DNA of 63,651 nucleotides, filler included, from Rhabdomonas costata (taxonomy: Eukaryota): assembly GCA_019059605.1 (NCBI GenBank). It is 47 parts of 47 records of this genome, joined end to end, with 100 filler letters (N's around TTAATTAATTAA, not from the genome) between each part and the next. Parts side by side here need not be neighbours in the genome. Positions count along the whole stretch, not along the records: positions 35,272 to 36,528 come from JAHMHO010021683.1; positions 36,629 to 37,885 come from JAHMHO010021684.1; positions 37,986 to 39,242 come from JAHMHO010021685.1; positions 39,343 to 40,599 come from JAHMHO010021686.1; positions 40,700 to 41,956 come from JAHMHO010021687.1; positions 42,057 to 43,312 come from JAHMHO010021688.1; positions 43,413 to 44,668 come from JAHMHO010021689.1; positions 44,769 to 46,025 come from JAHMHO010021690.1; 39 more parts are not named here. One strand, 5' to 3'. Positions within the stretch are counted from its first letter, which is position 1. The number at the start of each line of letters is the position of its first letter. The notes beneath the pieces are model-generated. The model did not search any database. It was not told where the DNA came from and saw only the letters and a list, made by a program, of their open reading frames with translations. The translations under genes and the position numbers were made by a program. This document shows positions 36,266 through 47,549 of the stretch, piece by piece.

Positions 36266-36628
36266 TCCAATCTAAGGAAATTGGGGTGCGGAGAAAAGGG
36301 TAATAGGGCGTGCCTGAGCGATGTCACTCTTGGACTTGTCCGAGCAGGACCGAAGCAGGATGTACACCACGGGAACCACCAGCTGCGTCACGTCCAGCCT
36401 CTTGCACACCCGCTCCCGGAAGACCTGCACAGTGAACGTAAGTTTGTGCTTTGTGTTTTTGATTCGGTAAGGGTCACCCCGAAATTCACAGTTTCAACGT
36501 GGACGCCATTGCCATCACCCACCCCACCNNNNNNNNNNNNNNNNNNNNNNNNNNNNNNNNNNNNNNNNNNNNTTAATTAATTAANNNNNNNNNNNNNNNN
36601 NNNNNNNNNNNNNNNNNNNNNNNNNNNN

Positions 36629-37885
36629 GGGTGGTTGTGACATATTTTCTAACAAAATAAATTTTATAAAATTATTTTATGAAATTTATTTACTTTTTAC
36701 TACTATAATATTGCACATTTCAATTTTATGAATAAAATTGAATATAAATTATGAAAATAAAGATTTTTATAATTTTTTATTTTCAGACACAAATACTAAA
36801 ATTGTTTGTATCACAAATAATAAAATGTTAAAAATATATTTTTAACTATTTGATCTGTTATGGTGTATTTTTTATGTTTATATCCAAGTTATCTATTAAT
36901 AAAATCAATAGATAAATTTATCATTTATTATTTTTAAATTGTTATTCTCCAACATCATTACACTGTTTAAAATAATGTAAATATTATCTAATTTCTTTTC
37001 TTATGACATTCATAAATATTTATTATAAATCTCCAATAATTTCTTTAATTCTTAACTCACCTTCCATTAATATATTTGTTGAATGAAATGATCCCCATAT
37101 CATAGTAGGATCCGGATCAGTTGATCCTTTATATAAAGTATATAATCGCCCTTGTCCTTGTATTTGAGCTGTTATTTTATAATTTTTGCTATTGTATGCA
37201 AAAATTTTTTTCGTTTCGTCATCTTTATTTAATTGTTGTGCATATTTAAAAAACAATAAACCTAAATTCCCTCCTCCCGTTATTATTCCACCAATTTTTA
37301 AATTAATATATTTTTGTTTATATTTTTTATACAAATTAAAGTAATCTTCCATGTATATATATATACTTGACAAAATTTAATTTAATTTATATTTAATTTA
37401 ATTTACTTCGAGCTATGAAAATAAGAGAAAATAAACAATTCAATCAGATAACATATAAAAATATATTTTTTAACATTTTATTATTGATACACAAAAATTT
37501 ATTTTTAGTATTTAATATCTAAGAATAAAATTTATAAAAATCATACTTTCAATAGTCAATTATATATGTTATTGATTATGTAATTGTATATGTCATTGTT
37601 CATGTATGTTCTTATATTATGATCATAAAAACATTAGAATATTATAAACTTTTTTATAAAATATTTTTTTGTTTCATTAAGATGATTTATAGAGATATAT
37701 TATTTAATGAAATGTAATAACAATCATTTTACATACACTTATTGTTCCGCAATTTAATATAATTACATATGTTAGTCACTTTGTGACTAACAATGTATGA
37801 GCGCATATTATGGTCATAAAACATTAATAATCTTTTTTATAAAATATTTTATTATTTTATAAAAAGAATATGTAAACACAAACAA
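36629..37885. other. Extremely AT-rich foreign contig, candidate giant virus (Nucleocytoviricota, Imitervirales-like) DNA
   Basis: Composition is unlike every other contig. It has an intronless ORF with a KYKxKYxxLK-xGG motif, AAAATTGA on both strands (36734-36741 +, 36720-36727 -) and several AT hairpins. Confidence 0.7.
37023..37352 (-). CDS. 109-aa hypothetical protein with a giant-virus-type N-terminal YxKYKxKYxxLK-xGG motif
   Basis: ATG at 37352 follows tatatatatac. MEDYFNLYKKYKQKYINLKIGGIITGGG...IKEIIGDL*. It is a 330-nt stop-free frame in very AT-rich DNA and locally richer in GC than its flanks. Confidence 0.8.
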   Translation of the reverse strand: MEDYFNLYKKYKQKYINLKIGGIITGGGNLGLLFFKYAQQLNKDDETKKIFAYNSKNYKITAQIQGQGRLYTLYKGSTDPDPTMIWGSFHSTNILMEGELRIKEIIGDL

Positions 37886-38758
37886 NNNNNNNNNNNNNNN
37901 NNNNNNNNNNNNNNNNNNNNNNNNNNNNNTTAATTAATTAANNNNNNNNNNNNNNNNNNNNNNNNNNNNNNNNNNNNNNNNNNNNATGTCCTTTTACCAG
38001 GCAGGGTTATGGTTGTGTTTTTTTGTTAATGTAGATATGAAAATTGTTGCAGTGAGGATCAATATATGGAAACCTAATAGGTATGCAACATCGAGGTGAT
38101 GAGTGCAGCTGTCAGCAACGTGTTTACAAAAAGCACTCATATGAAGGACATTTTACTGAGATGTAGTCAAAACATAAACACACATTGGTTTTGTTTCAAG
38201 TGAGAATTGCATCTACAAGACTGCGCAGCAGACTCATGTTGTTGCAAATGCAGTTTTGTGGTGCGATGCAAAAAAGCAACAAAAGCTTGACCATTGCTTT
38301 GCTATTGATGGCCGGGTTAATGTGTTTCAAAACAAAGATGTCAAACCATGTGAAGCAAAAGTAAAAAGCATGAAATGTTTTATGCATTAACTGTGGATGG
38401 AACGTCGCCGCTACTGCTAATCTATACTTCATACAAAGCGCTTGGGTGATGGATACGTTGACTTTTTGAGTTTTTGGAAGATCTTCAATTATGAATTAGA
38501 AACGTGTACTTAGAGTGCAAAAAGTGGTGGTATTGCTATGCAATTGGAAACTATCTGCTGGTCAATCACAATTTCACACTTATTACACGGCTTTGATTAA
38601 AACATTGCGGCCGTTCCTTGCAATAAATTCTTTAAAACACGTTAATCCACACAAACTTACATTGAGGGGTTACAAACGAATCAACTAAGTGTTCGTTTAT
38701 CTACCAAGTATACATCAACCATGCATGACGGATTATGTCCATTGATAGTTAAAAACAG

Positions 38759-39242
38759 GCCGAATTACAGTATTTGCAACAAACTATATCAGATCACCAC
38801 ATTTAAACACGCACTTCCACGCCAGTCCATGGAAGTTATGCCGTTTATTCGGGATAAAATTAGGATCCACAATCTACCCTGTTTCACGTTTCGATTGGGT
38901 TTTGGGTTGTTGTGGGGTTGACTGATGTTCCGTGGTATTTTGTCAGCTGCGGTGTTGCAAGTAATAAAAACACAAAATGGATAAGGAAGCATATACAAAA
39001 GAACTGAAGCCATAACATGCCAGAGATAATACAGCATCAGCCTCATGTGCCAACATTAAAGGCGTACAAAAGAGCACGGCACGGAAGAAGAGGTTTTTCA
39101 ATGGGGACTGGGATTGCCGAATTACAGTATTTGCAACAAACTATATCAGATCACCACATTTAAACACGCACTTCCACGCCAGTCCATGGAAGTTATGCCG
39201 TTTATTCGGGATAAAATTAGGATCCACAATCTACCCTGTTTC
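38759..39242. repeat. 127-nt exact direct repeat (38759-38885 and 39116-39242)
   Basis: The copies are identical by eye, and the second ends exactly at the contig end. Confidence 0.9.
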
Positions 39243-40039
39243 NNNNNNNNNNNNNNNNNNNNNNNNNNNNNNNNNNNNNNNNNNNNTTAATTAATTAANN
39301 NNNNNNNNNNNNNNNNNNNNNNNNNNNNNNNNNNNNNNNNNNGGGTGTTGATTATGAGTACTGTTCTGGCGATGATGTGATGCATTGATTGAGAGATGGG
39401 CACCCGACCTCTTTAGGTTCTGTGACTCTTCGATTTGGGACAAGCAATTATCTTCTTTGTATAGACAGAGTGGAGGTGATGTCGTAATGCCAACACATCC
39501 TCTCGTTTGCTACACCAAATTACTGTGTAATGTTTTGTCCATGATAAAAATGATATTTTGTACGTTCACTTCGCTGACACAATCTCTGGTCATGGACGGG
39601 GTCTGGAGGATGCCTGATCCAGTCTGGAACCCCCTCTGCCTTCATGGAAACGGCTTGTATTTCACCGTTTGTGTGGAATCCATTGAACCTTTGCAAGGCA
39701 CAGAAAGAAACTCACTTGCACTCAAACTCATTTTCGGGTTCAAATCGTGACCGAACGGAGCATACGAGTTGGGAGCTGCACATAACAAGTCAAACAGAAA
39801 AGGGAAAGTGAGTTACAGCAATGATCAGTGTGTAACTGCAAGAAGGGATGGTGGAGGTGGAGGAGGAGGAATCATACGGAAAGGGACGCGAGCGGTGCAG
39901 TAACGACAGTATCGCCTCGACAAAATGTTACGCGGTGCCATAAACCTTGAGGAAACTCGAGGTCTCGGGGCGAGGAGGTGGCTTTTTTCCTTTGCATTGC
40001 TTTGCGTCGCTTTGCTTTGCTGTTCTCTCTCGGGCGCAG

Positions 40040-40187
40040 GCATGATGTGGAACCCCTTGCCCAGCTCTACAGATGCCGAGCACCTCCACGCCACTCTTAA
40101 CGACGCCGTTGCGGAGATCACTGCGGAGGAGGCCCTGCATTGGGACCACTACGAGCTCCCCGCCTCCGGTCCATCCCAGAACCCCAA
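40040..40187 (+). CDS. Probable exon, hypothetical protein
   Basis: ggcgcag|GC ATG ATG TGG...EHLHATLNDAVAEITAEEALHWDHYELPASGPSQNPK|gtaaga, with high GC3. Confidence 0.5.
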
Positions 40188-40861
40188 GTAAGACACTGCA
40201 GACGGCCGCAAGTTGAGGTGCAAGGGGGTTTGTGTGGTCACTGCAGATGCCGGAAGAGTTCTGGTCAGGGAGCGGCGGTACTCCCTTTGGCGTGAGCACC
40301 GCTGAACTCTTCCCCGTGCTGTGCTATTTTGTGAGGTTTGGTAGGGCATCTCGATGTCAGCCCACAACCTCCCTCCTCCCCTCCTCCGCGCTACGTTCTT
40401 GTATAGTGTGGTGTTGTCATGTGTCGTGCCTCCTCCATGTGTTGCTATTCTTGGTAGCTTTGATGTCTTTGCTGATTGTTCTGCTTGTGCCTTTTGCAAC
40501 CGTCGTCAATAACTATTTTGTCTCCGACCCCAACCCCTGCCTATCAGCGCTCCCTTCTTCGGACTAAAAAAAAGAGCTCGCAAGAAGCACCCCTGCCCTN
40601 NNNNNNNNNNNNNNNNNNNNNNNNNNNNNNNNNNNNNNNNNNNTTAATTAATTAANNNNNNNNNNNNNNNNNNNNNNNNNNNNNNNNNNNNNNNNNNNNG
40701 GTTTTGCGGATCGATTGGATAGCGTTGTTGTTTTTAAGTGGAGCGACGCCCGCGTCGCGGCGGCTGAGGCGGGTGGAAGGAGTACTCGTGCTTAAATACG
40801 ATTGCAGATGCACGTACGCAAAAAGGGTGGCTCCATTTCCGACCTTTTTTCTTCTGGGCGG

Positions 40862-40897
<36 letters not shown>

Positions 40898-40922
40898 ATT
40901 TCACGCCCACTCTCGCACGCAG

Positions 40923-41473
40923 GGATGTACCACTACCACGCCCTTGAGGTGTGCTGCGTCTGGCTGAGTCCCTGTTTTTTTTTTAGCCTGGATTCACCGG
41001 AACATGGCGTAGGCTGCAGCGCCTGTTTGTTCGCCCCCCCCCACCCCAGAAATCAATTCAGAAGGTGTACGTTGGCGTTTGCTCCGAAAAACGATTAATT
41101 TGAGCTGAAACGCGCCTTTCCGAAACTGATGCTGCTTTTTTGTTCTGGTCAGTGGGGCGCAACGAAACCCTCGATGGCGGATGAGTAATTTCCAAATGGC
41201 GTATACATCACTTCCATTTCTTCACAGAGCAGATTTCTTTCAGTGAAGGCAAATCTCTTTTTGATGGGCGACTGCCAAAAAACCGACCTCAATAACCGCC
41301 TCATGTCACGTGCCTCCTGCTCCAGTCTGTTTATTCTCTCGCAGTATTCCAAGGAAAGCCATGGCTCCACCCCCTTGCTGCCCCTGCGGGATATTGTGGT
41401 GTGGGCCACTGCAGGCAATGCGCTGCACCAGCTCCTGGCGTATCCTTTGGACACCTGCCGGCGCTGTATGCAG
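40923..41473 (+). CDS. Mitochondrial carrier (SLC25) family; exon 41345-41473 plus a probable 26-nt microexon at 40923-40948
   Basis: ...GNALHQLLAYPLDTCRRCMQ carries the Px[DE]xx[RK] carrier signature. Bounded by ctcgcag| and |gtgacc. Confidence 0.8.
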
Positions 41474-42056
41474 GTGACCAATCCCCCACCCTCGGTTCCA
41501 GTCTTTCACTTTCCACCACCTTCCACGTGATGTTTTGGGTGGTCACCGATTTATTGAACTGTGAGGTGGCCAAGGAAGACGATAATTAAACGGGGCAGAG
41601 AAGAACCAATCAACAAGATAATGATGTTTGCACGGCATGTGAGCGAATTGACATAAAAAGCCGTGGAAAGGATAAGAGTGGCTGGGTTGTTAAAGTTTGA
41701 ATATAGCTCAAAGCAAACCCTTTTTCTAACACGGATGGAGTGGGTGAGGTCACCTTTGTGCATGTGTTTAAGGCCTGTGCTGAGATGAACCCAAGGCTAA
41801 CCAATATCTCGGTGGTTGGAGAGAGCGTAGTGACCGAAGAGACAGCTGATGGTAGCTATGAGTTGCCACTCCGTCCTCCGTACGAGAAGGAATCGCACCG
41901 AATTAATATTCCCCTCAATCAAATGCAATGTTAGCCCCATTGTTAGCCACAAAACCNNNNNNNNNNNNNNNNNNNNNNNNNNNNNNNNNNNNNNNNNNNN
42001 TTAATTAATTAANNNNNNNNNNNNNNNNNNNNNNNNNNNNNNNNNNNNNNNNNNNN

Positions 42057-42959
42057 TGGTTGGTGGTGGGGGTGGGCCCAGGAGCAGGACTTTGATCACC
42101 TCATGCATGATCTTCTCGGTGAGGAGGTTGCGCTTGAACAGCTCCGCGATAAACTTGGTGTCTCCCATCCTGCGCTTGCGGTGGAGGGCCTCCTGGCGCG
42201 CCCGCTCTGGGCTGCTGGCCGCCTCAGAGGGGTCGAACGGGAGCTTAGCCTCGAACTCCGTCTGGCAGCGGTCCAGGAGCATCTTGCGGAAGTTCTGCAG
42301 TGCGTTCCCACTGCTCCCAGCGCCCTAAAAAGAGAGCACAACAGCACAGCTTCTGCGCTGCCCCGTCCACAATGGGATCACACTAGGATTCAAATAGTTG
42401 TGCAAGGGGGTTGTGGTGATGTAAATACCTCGGAAAACACAACCTTGCAAGGGCCATTTGAATTGTTGCGCTATTCTTTAAGAATCCGCGCTAATGACCA
42501 CGTGCTACCAGTCCTCACTCATTGGCCTGATCCCACCTGACTAGCAATATAACACACGTTCACCGCGCGAGTACGACGAACTCGCCCAGGAATGTGTTGA
42601 CTTTGCCTGAGTCATTCCTAAAACCGAGCCGAACAAGCGCCCCATGCGGTATTCGAACATTGATTTTTGTGTGTGATCGGAATGGAATGGCTGCAAAATG
42701 GTCACAGAGTGGCATTAGGGAGCACAATGGACAGCTGTACCGCAGCAGCAGCAGCAGGGGCCGGGGAGGAGGACGAAAGCGCCTCAGACAGCGCCGTGGC
42801 CATGTCGCACAGGTGCCGGGCCACATCGGCGTACATCGCGCTGTACGCGGGCTCCGCCAGAGCCTTCTCAAAAAGCAGCCCAATCACCTCTGTCAGCACC
42901 CGCATCGCACTATCGTCGCGGCTGTCGTGCAGATTGAACCCCACCAGGGACTCCCAAAT
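42057..42959 (-). CDS. eIF4G: Translation initiation factor 4G, MIF4G domain; exons 42959-42741 and 42324-42057
   Basis: VIGLLFEKALAEPAYSAMYADVARHL...|...NFRKMLLDRCQTEFE...KRRMGDTKFIAELFKRNLLTEKIMHEVI. GT-AG, phase 0. Confidence 0.92.
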
Positions 42960-43412
42960 CTGTACACACACGCACAGTTCCTCTTTCCCGTTGACCATAT
43001 CGAAAGAACATCTGTGCAGCATGCCAGAGCTTCATCAATCCCGGTCTGCTGAACGGCAAACAGCTGGTAGGCACACCAATCAATTATGGCTTGCATCCGC
43101 GAGGGCCTGCAAACACAGACACATAGGTAGAGCCCTTCCCCTTTGCCGACCTGCCCCTCATTGTGGAAGAGCAGCGGAAGCAGGCGTTGAGGCGTAAATG
43201 CATGAGATGCTGCTGCACTGGAGCTGAAGGTGTGAAGGTGAGTCTGACGCAAACCCGCAAGACTGCGGAGTTAAGCACCACACAACGCCTGGCCCAGTCC
43301 GACCGCAGGCCANNNNNNNNNNNNNNNNNNNNNNNNNNNNNNNNNNNNNNNNNNNNTTAATTAATTAANNNNNNNNNNNNNNNNNNNNNNNNNNNNNNNN
43401 NNNNNNNNNNNN

Positions 43413-43515
43413 GAAGCTGCCGATCCAGCACCCTGTCCTCGGCACGCATCTTCAGCTTCCACTCCCGAGCCAGCTCCTGCGGGCTCTTCTTCTTCCCAAA
43501 CAAGCTCTCCAGCAT
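43413..43515 (-). CDS. VPS24: ESCRT-III subunit Vps24/CHMP3-like, N-terminus
   Basis: MLESLFGKKKSPQELAREWKLKMRAEDRVLDRQL matches the LFG..xPxExVREWxxxLRxExRxLDRQI motif. Confidence 0.82.
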
Positions 43516-43866
43516 TGTAAGTCGCGCAAGGCACAGCCCTCCGCAAAAGGCAACGGTCAACGAACCGACAACCCTCCGCGAGGAAGCACTTTCAGATGGA
43601 AAGCCGCAGGTGGAGCTGAAAAGCCTGAACACCGGCTGCTCACAGCAAGCGTGATGCAGCCGACCACGTCACAGCGGGTTGCAAAAACAAAGCAAGTAAA
43701 TAGAATCTGCGAAGAGTCACACCGGCACTTGGGCCACCGCTTCTCAGGCTGAGTATATCGCTGATGCCCAGCATAACTGTTGTGGGTCTTTACCGCGGAC
43801 TCTAACGCAATGCTCAGGCTGCCTTGAGCAGCCCATTCCATGAACTTCGGCTAGATTTCAGCGTAA

Positions 43867-44091
43867 ATGGAAATGGCAGCCGAAAACGAGGATAACACGC
43901 CAGCGTACCTAGTGCTTGAGGTCTCAGGAGGCAACGCGCATCCGAGAACTATTCAGAAAGAATAGGTTTCTGAAAATGAGAATCGGATTCAGTTCCGCTT
44001 TCAGATCCAAAATCCAGCCTCTCAACTTCAGAATTTGAGCGATTTGGGGCAACAGCTGACCACATTGAAACGCCAGCGTTTGCTTGATGAG
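43867..44091 (+). CDS. Probable 5' end of a gene divergent from VPS24; exons 43867-43920 and 44005-44091
   Basis: atttcag|cgtaaATG gives MEMAAENEDNTPAYLVLE|IQNPASQLQNLSDLGQQLTTLKRQRLLDE|gtagca. The 84-nt GT-AG intron removes an in-frame TAG. Confidence 0.45.
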
Positions 44092-46495
44092 GTAGCAATC
44101 TCAACTGTTAAGGCGCCCCTGAATAATTGACAACCCCCTCCCCCGTTGCGCAGACCCGTACGAAGTGATCGCTACACATGGTGACAATACTAATTCCAGA
44201 AGTGTGCAATGTGAATGTGGGACCACTGGAATCCCAAAAAACACGAGAATCGACCTAACCATCTGCAGAATGCATGTATCGTCACCTAACGGCGGCAACA
44301 GTTGCGCAGGGATCGCTAAGCAAAATCGCGAAGCGCGCGCCACGCACTTTTGAATTACGGGCGGAGGGCGTGCAATGTACTACAGCCGAAAAATCCCCTG
44401 CCCCTAGAGCGTTCGGAACAGCAACGTGCACGTACCGGCAGCGAAAAGTACTGTGAACGCAACAAAATAAACTGTGCCCTCGTAAAAAGGAAGAAAAGAG
44501 AAGAGGTACATAGCTGACCCCCTCCCGTGTCAACCACAGATCCCAGACACTATCTTAATCGGGCGCACAGAGATCCCTCACTAGGGCAAGGAATCTCGTG
44601 TGCACTGACACCTGAGATGGAGCCAACAGCACAGTGGTGACACAGTGCGACACAGCAAACCACCCACANNNNNNNNNNNNNNNNNNNNNNNNNNNNNNNN
44701 NNNNNNNNNNNNTTAATTAATTAANNNNNNNNNNNNNNNNNNNNNNNNNNNNNNNNNNNNNNNNNNNNTGTGTGTGTGTCTGTGTCTGTCTGTCTGTGCG
44801 TGTGTTAGCGCGCGCGCGGAGGTACATATGTCGACAAGACTGCCGTTCGTCTGGGGAAGCACAACAAGTAGGAAAACCGCTGCAGGGTGCCGGTGCCAGG
44901 GCAAGGATTCAACGAGAGAGAGAGAGAGAGAGAGCGAGGGAGCGAGGGAGAGGGAGAGAGATCGACAACGCGAACGATCCATTCCACATCCCCAACACCA
45001 GTCGATCCGGTTATAGTTCTGCGTCTCATGCGGGAGGAGGCACTCTTATCGGCATCCCTATCTCAGGGCAGCCCACAGTGGACGCAGTTGCAACCATGGT
45101 AGGATTTCCAGGGCAGTGCGGGATCTCAAAGACCAGTCAGCAGAACCCACAGCCACAGGCAGCCACTGCAACGGCTTGGGGTTGTCCATCGACCGCCGGT
45201 ATGTGTGGAGAGAGTTAGCCAGAAAAACACACCGTCCAAACCGGAGAAAGATTCTCTGACCGTCCGTCATCTTCTCATGACCTCGCAACGATTACCAAAA
45301 AGCCGGAACGATTTAGCCCGAAAACCCTGCTTATGAAATTCCAACATTGCTTTTATAGGGGAAGGGGTACGTGTTTACAGGAATTATGGAAATCGTTGTC
45401 GTTGTGGAAATCGCATCCAACATAATCTTGTCCCGGGTGTCTGTCAAAAGCATAACCTCGACCATTTCAAAAAAAAATCCGCAAAACCCACACCCACCCC
45501 CTCCATTCTGTGTTCCCTGTGTCAAGCACAGTGCCGTGCACCTGCATGTAGGGCAAGGTTGCGGGTCTGCTCTCTCTCCCTCAGATCTGCCAGAACCCTC
45601 ACGAGGACGTAGTTGCTTGCAGGATTGGGAGACGGCAAAGGGTGTTGCACTTGGAGTGGCGGTTGTGAGCTTTGCAGGAAAGAAGAGGAGGATGGGAAGG
45701 GAGATGAAGCGGAAGGCGGTGGGAAAGCCACAGGCTCAGTGGGAGTAGCATGACCACATGGTCCCAAACCCCGGGAAAGGGCCTCATTAGTCGGCATGCT
45801 AAACGAGTCTCCGGCGTCGGGAGGGGAAACGATGGTCTGCAGCATCCGCGACAGTACGTGTGCGTTCACGCGACCGGGGAGGTGTCAGACGGCACGGCGG
45901 GCTCGGACCAATTACGTGGCTTTTGCGACGTCCCCGCGTAGCCCACTCGATCCGCTCCCCTCCGTGGTCCCTCCAGACAAAGCTTTCGCTTTGTGAGCGC
46001 TGTCAACTCACCTAGGTGAGGAGACNNNNNNNNNNNNNNNNNNNNNNNNNNNNNNNNNNNNNNNNNNNNTTAATTAATTAANNNNNNNNNNNNNNNNNNN
46101 NNNNNNNNNNNNNNNNNNNNNNNNNGGTGTGTGGTACGACTTTTCTTGTACACACACGCTTCCTTCTCCTCTGTGGATTTCCTCTCCGTCTTTTCATCAC
46201 ACCCATACACAACCACGAATTTTCGGCCCACTACTACAAGCGGACGCACACGGATGCACAGAGATAAGTCCCCATTTGCTTGTGCATCTCTGTATTTATC
46301 CATTGGAATGCCTCTAAAACAGCCCACACAAGCATGTACCACTGTACACTGGTGTTTGTGTTGCTTGCTCGGCGAGAACAACACCAGCTGACACAACTGT
46401 CCCCAAACCTTACAAAAACACCGCAGTGAAACATTCTGACAAAAGGGTCTTCTTTCCCCTCAACAAGGATGATAATAGGGGGGGGGGGGGCGCAG

Positions 46496-47381
46496 GGCAA
46501 TGACGCCTTTCTTGGGAAGGTTCGCGTTCGGCCCGGCGTGCTACGTGCAAACCACCGCTACGTGGAGACCTGCCCGTTGGTTCTCCCAGGGAGCTCGGGC
46601 AAGTCCGAGACCACTGGCCAGGAACCTCCCTCTCCTCCCTCCCTTTTATTCCTTCCTTGTTCATTTTCTCATTTTCATTTTCATGCAATGACAGAAAATT
46701 CTTCCGTGAGCGTAGTGGTATCGTGAGTAGTGGGCAATAAGAGAATGGTAGGCTTTTCAGGTTGTCAGGATATGGGCCTGTGAAGTATCTGAGTACGTAT
46801 ATCATTATGAGAACTTTGTTTAAAAAATTCTATAAAAGTTGTGAGAACTTCAATAAGGTTGATTTGAAAAATAAGTGCATCCGCGCACACCAATACCAAA
46901 GCACCAATACCGAATAATGTTCAAGTTCAAGCAACGACTTAAACCTCTCTTTTTCTCTGCGCGCGCGGAAGTCTCGAAGCTTACGTGACGCACTTCTGGG
47001 GTAGTCTGGGGCGGGATGGGGTGAGGTTACACGCAGAAAGAAGAAAGGAGATTGATGTCTGGCTGTTGATGAAAGGGGGGGAACGTGGTAAACTTCAGGA
47101 ATGGGTGGAAATGGTTAGGGGCCACCGCTTCAGTGCGCTCAACACGCTATCGCACAAACCCACAGCTGAGGCTGGCGGTGACCCTGCTGTGCGACGTGGG
47201 CTTCCGGGGCTTCACCACGATGGCCCGCCGTAGCCTGCAGCCCGTGCTCCCGGTGTCGTTCTACGCGCAGCCCTGCCTGGAGAAGATGTACGTGGAAGCC
47301 CAGCCCCTGCGGGTGGAGGCCTTGCTAACCCACTTCTCCGCATTGCGCCCGGGAATCCGCAAGGAGGCCGTCCCCAACAAC
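46496..47381 (+). CDS. C2-domain-containing protein; exons ~46496-46598 and 47134-47381
   Basis: GNDAFLGKVRVRPGVL...TCPLV (C2 motif NDxFLGxVxI) joins ...PQLRLAVTLL through G|gcaagt ... cttcag|TG. Confidence 0.55.
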
Positions 47382-47549
47382 NNNNNNNNNNNNNNNNNNN
47401 NNNNNNNNNNNNNNNNNNNNNNNNNTTAATTAATTAANNNNNNNNNNNNNNNNNNNNNNNNNNNNNNNNNNNNNNNNNNNNTTGTTTGTGTCCTTTCTCG
47501 TTGCACCTCTTCTTGCTTTCTCTTGGGATGGCCCTCTGTGCGTCGGCAG

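Noticed and set aside
36629-37885. Mitochondrial DNA as the source of the AT-rich contig
   Set aside because: Not excluded but disfavoured: the ORF is hydrophilic, uses TGG for Trp and resembles no respiratory-chain gene, and no rRNA fragment is recognisable.
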